Source: Squalus acanthias (taxonomy: Eukaryota). From it: a stretch of 64,000 bases of DNA. The translations under genes and the position numbers were made by a program. Below are positions 53,127 to 64,000 of the stretch, piece by piece. Every line of letters begins with the position of its first letter. The stretch's first letter is position 1. The notes under the pieces are model-generated. The model saw only the letters and a program-made list of their open reading frames with translations, did no database searches and was not told the origin of the DNA. Location: positions 65,722,001 to 65,786,000 of the forward strand of contig CM059432.1 in assembly GCA_030390025.1 (NCBI GenBank), written 5' to 3'.

Positions 53127-53574
53127 TGTAGAATACTAGGTATTTATAATGTAGGCAGCATGGTATATTTACATGGGTCAATGTCACTGGACAACAATGG
53201 CCCATCTTGGCTGGGCTGGGGTGGGGGGGGAGGAGGAAGAGGAGTGATTGGCGAAGAGGAGAAAGAGAAGGAATGGGAAAACAGTCCATCGATAGCTCAA
53301 CGCCACCCCCCCCCACACTTTTTTATTTGTTTCTGTCCATTTTCTTTGTTTAGTCTCTTTATGGCTGCCTTATAAATCATGACTGGACCTGTGGCAATAC
53401 TGAGTGACCTTTATCAAATAGTACCATCTGTTCTGTGCCTATGAACAGGCCTGCACCAATTTTTTTGTGAAATGTATCCCAACATTGGCAGCAATTAGAC
53501 GATTGTTATTTCTGAAACCATGATCTGATACTAGTCAGTGCCAATGACTTCAGTCCCAACAAGAAAGCAAAAGA

Positions 53575-53855
53575 GCTTGCATTCATATAGTGCTTTTCAC
53601 AATTTCAGTACGTCCCAAAAGCATTTCACAGCCAAATAAAATACCTCTAAAAGTATAGTCACTGTTGTAATGTAAGGAAATGTCGCAGCCAATTTGTGCA
53701 CAGCAAGGTTCTATGAGATAAATGACCAGATAATCAGTTTTAGTGATGTTGGTTGAGGGATAAACATTGGTCAGGAGAACTCCCCTGCTCTTCTTCAAAC
53801 AGTGCTATGGCATCTTTTACGTTCACTGAGGGGGCAGGCAGGGCCTCAGTTTAAC
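53575..53855 (-). mobile_element. Deu-domain SINE fragment, second copy
   Basis: Aligns by eye with 2205-2472 (gagataaatgaccagataatc, aactcccctgctcttc). Confidence 0.8.
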
Positions 53856-54074
53856 AACTTGCAGCAAAATGTGGGGAAATGGCAAGAAACAGGAAAGAGA
53901 GCAGTACAGGTAAGCAAAACATGATGAATGAAAGCTTAACTGACTCAAAAGGACATAGGCAAAACAATGGGGTACATAAAATGATTAAGAGATGCTGGTA
54001 CAGGTTTTACAGTGAGCTCATATTGATCTTTCTTCCATAGAATGCTAGAGAACACAGCAAAGCTAAACATGGCA

Positions 54075-55130
54075 TTACATAGATTACATAGAATATACAG
54101 CACATAAACAGGCCATGCCAGCGTTTATGCTCCACTCAAGCCTCCCCTGAGCCTTCTTCATCTAACTATCAGCATAACCCTCTATTCCCTTCTCCCTCAT
54201 ATGCTTATTTGGTCTCCCCTTAAATGCATCTATACTATTTGCCTCAACTACTCCATGTGGTAGCAAGTTCCAAATTCTCACCATTCTCGGTGAAGTTTCT
54301 TCTGAATTTCCTATTTGATTTCTTGGTGACTATCTTATATTGATGGCCTCTAGTTGTGCTCTTCCCCACAAATGGAAACACTGTCTGTATCAAAACCTTT
54401 CATAATTTTATTAGGTCTATTAGGTCACCCCTCAGCCTTCTCTTTTCAAAAGAAAAGTGAGCCAGCCGGTTCATCCTTTCCTGATAGGTATAGCCTTGCA
54501 TTTCTGGTATCATCCTTGTAAATCTTTTTTTGTACCCTCTCCAGTGCCTCTATATCCTTTTTATAATATGGTGACCAGAACTGTACACAGTACAGTACAG
54601 CCTCACCAAGGTTTGATACAAGTTTAATGTAACTTCTCTACTTTTCAATTCTATCGCTCTAGAAATAAACCCTAGTGCTTGTTTTTTTTTTTTTAAATGG
54701 CCTTATTAACCTGCAACGCTACTTTTAAAAGATTTGTGTATTTGTACTCCCAGATCACTTTGCTCTTCTACCCCATTTAGATTCTTATTTTCCAGGTAAT
54801 ACGTGAACTAATTTTTCTTACCAAAATGTAAAACCTCACACTTATCAGTGTTGAAATGAATTTGCCAATTATATGCCCATTCTGCAAGTTATTAATATCT
54901 TCTTGTAATTTGCAGTCCTCCTCAATATTGACCATCACCCCCAATTTGGTGTCATCCACAAATTTAGAAATTGTGTTTTTGATTCCAAAGTCTAAATCAT
55001 TAATATAAATTGTGAACAACAATGGTCCCAGCACTGATCCTTGTGGAACCCCACTTTCCACCTGCTGCCACTCGGAATAGCTACCCTTTACCCCATCTCT
55101 GCTTTCTATTTTGCAGCCAGCTAGCTACCC
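54075..55130 (-). mobile_element. 5'-truncated CR1 LINE
   Basis: ORF 54777-55061 GVPQGSVLGPLLFTIYINDLD, KFVDD; tail tattctatgtaatctatgtaa. Confidence 0.9.
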
Positions 55131-55216
55131 ACTGGAATCAATCAGGACAAGTAACAATAGCAAAGCAGTGAAAGGCAACTACTGCAGTTAGTGATATTTG
55201 CTAATTGTGCACAAAG

Positions 55217-55262
55217 GGTGTGATATGGCTTGCAACAGTGGTGTGATATGGCTTACAACAGT
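55217..55262 (+). repeat. 23-bp tandem duplication
   Basis: ggtgtgatatggcttgcaacagt / ggtgtgatatggcttacaacagt. Confidence 0.9.
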
Positions 55263-56405
55263 GGATCAACAAGCTCTAAAACATTCAAAAACTTTAGCTC
55301 CCTCCACTGATGCCCCAATCACCACATCACACCTAATATTTTAGAAAAAAGAGCATGCGTAGATACAGAAATGAGAGAAACAAACAGAAGAGATAGAATC
55401 AAAAGCAGCATCTATGCAAATATGACACAGGTAAAAGAAACACTCCTCCGACTCACCGTGAGCAGTGCCACAGGAGATCCACCAGTATAAAATTTGATAT
55501 GACTCACTGATCAACAACTTGTATTTTCACCAGTATAAATAAGTAGCACTTTCTCTCATTACACAATAGGTATAAAACTGCACCAGGTGATCAACACATC
55601 TGGGATCTGGGTGCAAATCCAATCCAGCATTATGCTGCCTGTAAGGGTGCTTCACTAAATACATTTGCATAGTTTCAGTTCCATTCTGTGTGAGCTCGAG
55701 CCACAACACAACATGGCTGGTGTGGAAAGTGAAAAAATATCATATTACTGGAGTACGGTTGCAATGGAAACAGAAATCGGTCATGCTTCAAACAGAAAAA
55801 AATTCTATTTTTTAAAAATATAATTTTAGAATGACTTTTAAAATCGTCTTCAGTTAGGTGTGACTAACATAGTTCTTGGGGTAGCTTTTCCACTGGAGTT
55901 CATTTGGGGAGCCAGCAGATGTGGGCAGGAAGTTGATTCTGAGCTACCACATACTACCAACCATTTCCATACTTTCCAGCTGGAAGTGACGGGCATACAA
56001 TGCATCTACCCATATTTGGCAGGTGCATTGAAATAATAAGCTGTTGACAGCAAATACGTCATCTGACGCACATTACATAATTTGTGCTATTGTAATGCTG
56101 AACTTCAGTGAAGGCTGTTCATCCCGAGCATCAAGTATTGCTATGAGCAGCCAGAAAAAGTCAGCCAGAATTGGGATACAGCTTCAGCACAGTGGGTAGA
56201 AGCTCTATTACACAGTGATGCTCTACCAACTACATAAAAGTCTTTTCCTTTCAGTGTAAAGGCAGACAACAATACACAAGATATCTGGAAATAACTATTA
56301 GCTTTGTGGGGAGGATGTGGCCAGCATTTTTTTTGTTACTGCATAATCTGAAGCGGTTTAGAGTAAATTTGTTTTGTTTGTCCATTATGTCCTTCATATG
56401 CTAAT

Positions 56406-58073
56406 GGCCCAGAATTTGCAGTCAGCGGCGAAGAGAAGGCATTCGCTGCTGGCCCCGAAGTACCCTTTGCACCAGCATCTCGCAATCCCCATGTCAAGAA
56501 CTTCAGGTTTTCCGACCTTCAATTCAAATCAACATAGTGAGGATCCCCTTGTACGAATTGCTGTGACGTCAACAGGCTGTCTAAGCGGCCAATCAAAACG
56601 CAGAATTCTCAGAGACAGCAAACAAGGAAGAGAGTATGGGGGAAAAATTCAGTTGGTTGCGCCTCCCGTTAGCGCCTTAAGAGGGCGCCATGCAACTAGT
56701 GCCCGGGCGCGGCGATGTTTGCGCCACTCGCGAAATTAACTAGACATTTTGCGGCGGCGCTAAACAGTACCGCCACGATCTCCTGCGCCGGCAGATCGTG
56801 ACGTCAGTCGAGTGCGCAACGTCCCAGTAGCGCCCCGGATAGGATATTGAGTGGCACCCCCTGCCTTACCGCCTGACGCTAGCAACGACAGGTTGAGAGG
56901 AGCGTTTTGCAGTCAGGGACTGGGGGAGTGCTATTTAAAGGCGACCGCTTCCTGCCGTTTTTTGTTGGCGACATTTTTGAACCACGCATTCTAAGAGAGA
57001 GAGACACACACACACACACAGACTTCTGGAGAGATTCAACGCTCTGTGAAGGAGTTTTGGGTACTGAGCAACACTTTGCAGGTTCATTTTGATTTGCCCT
57101 TCCTTGTATCGATTTAGAAGAGACTGTGGGGGCTGCACTCTGAGCTCTTTCCCTGGACCTCTCCATTGTTCTTTCCAGCAGATTTGATGTACAGGTCTCT
57201 CCAGGCCGAGATTCAAGGCTGCAATGAGCAGGATGTGGATGGAAAGCAAGATCAACCCTCCCCTTTAAGAACTGGCCGGGGCCATTGTGTCTGTGTTCCA
57301 TTGCTGACTGACATCACATGAGCTTCGCCAGCGCTCTGAGTTAGCGCCTCGCTCCTCGGCCTTTGCGCCTTAAGACAGATGTGTAGCGCCTGATTTAGCG
57401 CTCCAATCACCTCCAGGGGCGATAAAAGTCAAGTTTGCAGTCGGAGGCGATAATTAGCGCAGGCGCTAATCTTTGCGCCCGGCCGATAATTGCGCCCCAA
57501 ACGGGGCGATACTGAATTTTTCCCCCTAAGTTCTTAAAATTGTAACTTTTAAAAATGTTAGAGATCAAAGCAAAGATTGGGGCTCTCACATGGGGAAAGG
57601 CAAATCTGAAATAAAGATGAACAAACTTATTTTTAAATTAATTTTTTTGAAAGTTTGTTAAAAAATTTAATTTTTTTATTAAAATAGACAAATTTCACTG
57701 CACAAAATTAAAATTAGTTTTCCAGGCCCTTAACATTTGTTTCGCAGAAATAACACTGTCAAAATCCCAATTACAGCTAATCCCTTTGGGTCCAACTTTT
57801 AGTGAGGAATTTAACAGGGTACTTAATGCAGAAGAGCCGCAGTTTTTGTCAGTTTCCCTGATTACACAGATTGCCAGCTCTGTGTGGGGGGGGGGCGGAG
57901 AAAGAGAGTGGGCACAGTGCAGCCTGTTTCGGAGTTATCAATGAGAGACCGCAATTTCAGGATTTCCGCATGCACTGCACATGCACCAAATCCCGAAGTT
58001 GCGGTCAGTTTCAAAGGCGGAATGGCGGCGAACGCTGCCAGTTCTCAGTCATCCCGACCGTAAATTCCTGGCC
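56406..58073. mobile_element. Harbinger-type MITE containing a second nested MITE
   Basis: TIR ggcccagaatttgcagtc / gaccgtaaattcctggcc; perfect 3-bp TSD aat. Confidence 0.8.
56638..57526. mobile_element. Nested CpG-rich Harbinger-type MITE (889 bp)
   Basis: TIR gggggaaaattcagt / actgaattttttccccc-like; flanks tat/taa. Confidence 0.8.
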
Positions 58074-59704
58074 AATAGCTGCAAATTTACAGACTCAAGT
58101 TACATGTATAGAATTGATTTCTATTGCAACTGCACAGATAATCAAGAGACTGCTGTTCACACTAAGTGATAGAAATGATTAACCTCTTTGATAGCCTGAT
58201 TGTTGATCATTGAGAAAGAGTATGTTTTTCCAAAGAGAGGACTATATCGCCAGAGGTCTGAGGATTTTCAATTGACCAAGTGTTTCCTGCTCCATTGAAA
58301 TTTTGCCTTGTAAAAATTTATTAGTCTCAATTTAAAGGATTTGGAAAGGAATTTTGATGATGCTATGATCCAAGTAGCTTCTTGAAGCATGTGCTCTGGG
58401 CCCTAATGTCAATTTGTGCTTTAAATCACCTCTCCACAGGGTTTAACAAAATCACAAGAAATAGAAGATAAATCTTCTCAAACAGGATGTTGCAGAAGAA
58501 AAGCGCCAGAAAAAGAGTCAATTGTTTACAAATCTGGAGTAGCGACTCAGAGCACACATCACCCCTCCCCCAGCAACCTCAGTTAAAGCCCATTAATGGC
58601 TCTCAAACTTGGTCTCACTCATGAGTCCTCCTTGTCCAAGAAAGCATCTCAACCTCGAGTCAGTCACCACACAAAGCTGACAAAGAGCTGATCTTCTCAC
58701 TTCCTGTATTTTATATCCTGTATTCAGAATACATGAAGTATCTCCAGCAGTGTTGGCCAGAGCACTCACTAAAAAGTACTAATCATGTCCACCAACCCAC
58801 TCACTACAGTGGCTCCCCATATTCCAGGCTGAACCATAATGGGAGCTCTATTAGAGGCATATGCTACTGCTGAAATATGCTCACCTCTCAGCAAGTAGCT
58901 CCAGCAACTCTTCCACCAGTGGAGCTCAACTAGTCTTCCACTAAATAAACAAGGATCCTGATGCCTGGGTGGGGGTGGGGTGGACATTCCCTTCCCCCAT
59001 ATAACAATTTTATTTCCATTTCCCCAGAGAGGACAAAGACCCCTAAAACTGAGTATATTCTGTCCCCTGATCTTTCAAGGACTGCTCCACCTCACCCCAC
59101 ACAGTGGACCAGGGTATCAGCGCCTCTCCCCATTCCCCATATCTATTACGGAGTGATGTCCAGACCAATAACCACTATATGAACACCACAAACAAGGAAC
59201 TGGATGGGCCATAGTAGTTAGCCTCCTAGTCATACAAGAACAGTGAAGTAGCAATATGGCTTAACAAGCATACACCTTTCACCCTGAAGACAACATCCCT
59301 GTAACAGATAGCTGCTTTGCATTGATATACAATTAAATAAGTGTGCATCTAATATAACTATATGCCCTGAAGGTGGACTCTCCTACATTAACATTCCTTT
59401 CACCTGCTCCCCACATGGAAGGTAGTTATTATGGAACGGGCACTTAAATATCACCTTCTAGCTCCCAGCAGATGTGGGACACCCACAGCAAGCCACCAAA
59501 TCAGGCCGTATAGATTCCAAGCAAGCCGAACATCTCACGGAAAAGGGATTCAATCGATTTGCAAAAAAAAAGTTGAATAAATACAGTGAGTTTGACCTGA
59601 ATTGTAGAATGGGTAAAGACTAATTTTTGACAGCTGTTAACTGTGTTATTTAAAACAACTGATTGGGCTAGATTTATTGGCAACCTTTAATTAGATGTAA
59701 AAGT

Positions 59705-60295
59705 ACTGAGAGGTTATATCAATCAGGAAAGATTGAACAGGCTGGGGCTCTTTTCTCTCGAAAAGAGAAAGGCTGATGGGTGGCCTGATAGAGGTCTTTA
59801 AGATTATGAAAAGGTTCAATAGGGTAGACGTGAAGAAGTTGCCACTTGTGGGGGAGGCTGAAGCTAGGGGCCAAAAGTACAAGCTAGTCACTAATAAATC
59901 CAATAGAGAATTCAGGAGAAACCTCTTTAACCAAAGAGTGGTTAGAATGTGGTACTCGCTACCACAAGAAGTAGTTGAGACAAATAGCATAGATGCATTT
60001 AAATGGAAGGTAGATAAACACACAAGGGAGAAAGGAATATGTGGTTATGCCGATAGGGTCAGATGAAGAGGCGTAGGTGGAGATTTGTGTGAGCATAAAT
60101 ACCGATATGAACCAGTTAGGCTGAATAGCCTGTCTCTGTGTAGGACATTCCATTAACGTTCCCTCTAAGCTGCGCAGCCACGCAGCCTGGGACCAGTTTT
60201 TTTCCAATGTTAAGTTTCTCACGCAAAACTGTAAAGGGGCCGCGCATCCAAAAAAATTAGGGGGAACATTGCATTCTCAGCAATTCTATGTAATA
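59705..60295 (+). mobile_element. CR1 3' fragment
   Basis: ORF 59776-60066 LIEVFKIMKRF...FNQRVVRMWYSLP; tail attctatgtaa, interrupted by a small MITE. Confidence 0.88.
60154..60271. mobile_element. Small TIR element (~118 bp), possibly hAT-type
   Basis: Termini taacgttccctctaa / ttagggggaacattg; partial flanking duplication cattc. Confidence 0.55.
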
Positions 60296-61189
60296 CTGGT
60301 GGCTGGGTGCGATTTTTTATTGATTGGCTGTTTGAGAAGTCATATCTGTGTCTCAATTGGCTGTTTCTATTGACAGCATTGAGAATTTGATTATATAAGC
60401 TGCAGGCCAGAGAAGGCAGAAGACAGCTGAATCAGTTTGTGCTGACTGAACAGGAGTTTGGCACTGAAGTATTGTTGAATTGCAACTACTTTGTTACTTG
60501 GGTCTTATTATGGCAGCGTGGGTGGAATTTGTATGATACGTGAGTTTCTGGAGATGAAGGGCCAAAATTCTAGGTGTCCCACTCAGTTGGCACAAGTGTG
60601 TTCGAGTGGATCTCCTGTCCGTGTATATTCATAGGCTTAGACCACATTCCAAATTGTGGGGATGGGGTAAATTTCACAGTCGGTGCAAGCCACCTGCGCC
60701 TGCATGCCTGGATCAGAGGCGCTCATCCTGGTCCAAGGCAGAGAGGCCCACAGGTTCTCTGCCAAAGGTCTTCCCCTCCAACCCCCTTTCCCAGGCCAAG
60801 ATGACACGAGTTAAAAACAATCTTAAAATCCTTGAGCTGTTGCCGCTGCAGTTTCTTTTTAAAAAGGTAATCAATCTACTTCAAGATCAATTACTCACGT
60901 CTGCAGAACTCTCTGCTGGCAAGACTTCCATTGAGGCCGTGTAAGGGCATAATGGACAAGATTCTCAGAGTAGCCAAATTTCTGGACACACACCCTTCAC
61001 ATAGGGGAAAGCTTGCGAGAGGAAGAATTGCCCTCTACACCCACCAAACTGAAAATAAACTGGAATAAGTGAGGCATAATCCTGACAGGAATCAGGATTA
61101 GAATTTCAAGGATAAGTGTCTAAGATAGCCACAGATTTAAGAAGTAAATGCAACATGAGTCTGAATGGTTTGTTGCCTTCAAGATGGTG

Positions 61190-61745
61190 GGTTAAGATAC
61201 TTAACGGAGTGGGCGCAGAAGATCTCGCGAGAGGGGGGCCAAATCATCTAGAAATCAAGGAAGTCATGGTTTGTGTTGGAACCAGCACCACAGTAAATAA
61301 TAGGATTCAGGTCCTGCAAAGTGTGTTCCAGGAGGTAGATTAATAAGCAGGTCACATTCTGTCCAGTACAGGAACAGTCAGATTAGGCTGGAAAATCATG
61401 GCCAGAGCCATGGCTAGAATAGTAGGAAAGAGTTCAGGTTCTTGGGGAACTGCGACCAATTCTGGAACAGAGGTAAACTGTACCGAAGTGATGGTCTAAC
61501 AAAAGATAGTGTAATTCTGAAACTCTACTTCCAAAAGGCTGTAAATGAATAGTCAATTGAAATTTTCAAGACTGAGATCAGAGATTTGTTAGGTAACAGT
61601 ATGAAGGGATATGGCAGGTAAATAGAGTTGAGGTATAGATCAGTCATGATCTGGTTGAATGGCAGAACAAGCTCAAGGAGCTGAATAGCCTACCCCCATG
61701 TGTCCCTATGTAAACCTGAACACAGCGGAGATCAATATCCTCAGC
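61190..61745 (+). mobile_element. Decayed CR1 ORF1 (SGNH esterase-like) fragment, interrupted by a CR1 3' fragment at ~61505-61710
   Basis: VMVCVGTS (GTND-like), FRFLGNCDQFWNRGKLYRSDGL; compare the ORF1 end at 15850-15985. Confidence 0.65.
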
Positions 61746-62349
61746 CTTAATGGCTGACAGCTATAAGGATGCAAGATGATGCTGTCTCTTAGGATAGTAC
61801 AGTTAATGTGCTCTCTTGACAGCCCCTAAAAAAACTGCTGCAAGAAAAAACTGCTGCAAGTAGAAATCATCAGTGAGGGTCAGGTTGGCCTTACAAGAAG
61901 TGCAGCTAGCAGTTGGTCCTTTAGAGTTCCAGCTGCTTTGAGATGAGGCTCACCTCAGTCCCAGGAGGCTTCTGCTGCAATGCTTCAACCTGTCACTTCT
62001 GAACCTACTGCAACAGAGGGAGCATTGGGGGAAAAGTCAAAGGTTGGGCGTTAAAGGGCATTAGGTAGGCAAGGGTACGCACAGTGGGAACAGGGAAAAG
62101 TTTAACTGTATTTGTTCTACTAAAGTATTATTTCCTCTGATCATATCTGTTCTGATTGATTAATGGGGAGAAGGGGGTCCAATGTCTGGAAGAATATGGA
62201 CATGCTTTTAACATGGTGTTTGTGCTAGAGCTGCTCAAGAGCATGTGGTTGAGATGAAGTCATGGAGGTCAACAGAAAGGTAGCACTATTAATGCATAGT
62301 GCTTGGATCTTATTCAGGCAAGGTTGTCCCCGGTGAGCTGCTGCCGCCT

Positions 62350-63200
62350 CTATGCAGCATTAGGAAGCTGTCTGTCCTCCAGTTCCATGTCTTCAGCCTG
62401 TTGAACCCAATTGCCTTTGCCTCCATGCAGAAGCTCTTTGGGATCACAAATGGCATTGTGCAATATACAGCAGACAACTATGATGTGGGAGATCATTGCT
62501 GGATATATTAGAGAGCTTCCTCTGATCTAACCAAGCACCCTGAAGTATGCCTTCAGAATACTAAATCTGGACCATCACAATCTGGGTAGTATCACGAGCC
62601 TCACTGTACGTTAGCTGCTCGAACATCCTTGGGCTTTATAGTGCCATCAGAAGCCACTGGTATAGGGTAGCCCTAGTCATCGAGTAGTCAGCTGGGTAAG
62701 TGCTGCTCATCTGTGAATAGGTGGATTGCCTTAACATTAAGGCATCATAGTGGCTTCCTAGGTAGCATACATTCATATGCACTGATGTTCCTGGCATCAT
62801 ACACCAGCTGCTTGTATGGCAATGTGGGCCCCACTGATAGCCCCCTGGACATGGGGAAATCCATCCGGTCTGAAAAAACATATCCCTCTCGATATGCTAG
62901 GTCCATAGTCGAATCAGATGTACTGTGCTGATCATGGAAAAAAGGCAGCAAATGGACAATTGACTACTGTTACAAATGGCACCCAAAGCTGCCTGAAAGG
63001 AATATACTGAATAGAACATTAGTGGCGCATTAACTTTTACTGCCACTGGTATTGCAGGGGATCTGATGGAGGTGGATTCCAGGTCTGGGGCAAGCAACTG
63101 GCAGAAATAATTGCTTCTGGTGGGAAGCACAGAATTTATGAGAGGTCAAGTTCAAGTATAATCTCCTGGGTCTGCAGACATGATGCAGAGGGTAACTGTG
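62350..63200 (-). mobile_element. Decayed PIF/Harbinger transposase remnant
   Basis: CQLLAPDL...AIPVAVKV..FYSVYSFQAALGAICN; QLVYDAR; CYLGSHYDA; ISHIIVVCCILHN, colinear with HARBI1-type transposases. Confidence 0.75.
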
Positions 63201-64000
63201 CTGAGGGTCCCATGTGACAGATCAGGCATCTTTTTAATTCCTTAGTTGGTCCTACTTGTTCTCTTCCTCATAATGTTAATAAAGATGAATGCCCAAAAGG
63301 AAAGATTGCAGTAAACTGGGAGGGCAATAGCTGCTGCTCTTAAAAATAAAATCACAGAACCACCACTGCAGATATGGCTCCATTAACATCCATGCAGCTC
63401 TGACCAACTGCAGCTATCGGTGGTCACTATTAAAGAAAATGTTTCCACTGGAGCACTCCCGTGAGTTGGGACAGAACAACTGTTTTTTTTTTGGGGGGGG
63501 GGGGGGAGGGAAGAGAGTGGAGGCAAGTAAATGGCAACAGGAGTCAGTAGTGGTGCAGTAGCCCTTAATGCCCAGTTTCCCTCTGTAGCACCAGAAACAA
63601 GCCACAACAAGGGTGTTAAATATAACTTATATTTTTTTTTGATCAGATCAGAAACTACACTGCTGTAAACAAAATATTCAAGTTAATCACAACAAAGATA
63701 TTCAGAAATGCTTTGCTCAAAAATGTTGTTCTGAAAAATACAACATCCAACAGTCTTTAGTGTAAATTATGACATTCACCATCCTCAGAGATCTTCAAAT
63801 CAATAAAAGGCTTGATAACCTTACAATCAACCATTGATAACTTTATAATTAACCAACACAAAAATTCATTATAACTATAAAATTCATGGCATAAGTCACA
63901 ACAACCGCACAGGTTTTTAAAATCACCAGCAAACATAGGGATGCTATATTTGCACCCTTGTGATGTATAAACGGATTTCTTTAAAAAAAACTTACTCCAG

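Noticed and set aside
55450..55720. Strong minus-strand donor-like CACG|gtgagt at ~55452-55461 suggesting an extra exon
   Set aside because: No matching acceptor or PCMTD1-like peptide; may belong to a decayed repeat.

Overview
Eukaryotic (vertebrate) DNA, most likely a cartilaginous fish judging from the repeat landscape (inference). The only host gene I can support is PCMTD1 on the minus strand: four coding exons (44405-44507, 38279-38450, 31991-32114, 9804-10174) with GT-AG boundaries and continuous phase, plus a probable ~1.5 kb 3'UTR. The first coding exon was not found and probably lies beyond 64000. The rest is intronic/intergenic and packed with nested mobile elements: CR1 LINEs, L2 LINEs, a second CR1/jockey-group LINE family, Deu-domain SINEs, PIF/Harbinger remnants and MITEs, a fragmented DIRS-type tyrosine-recombinase retrotransposon and a short Helitron-like element. 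The most unusual signals are two TSD-flanked palindromic insertions (52740-53126, 32719-32907) carrying minimal hammerhead-ribozyme cores, consistent with Penelope-like element derivatives. I see no convincing wholly new system. Repeat boundaries without a TSD/TIR are approximate, and family names come from motif recognition, not from a database search.
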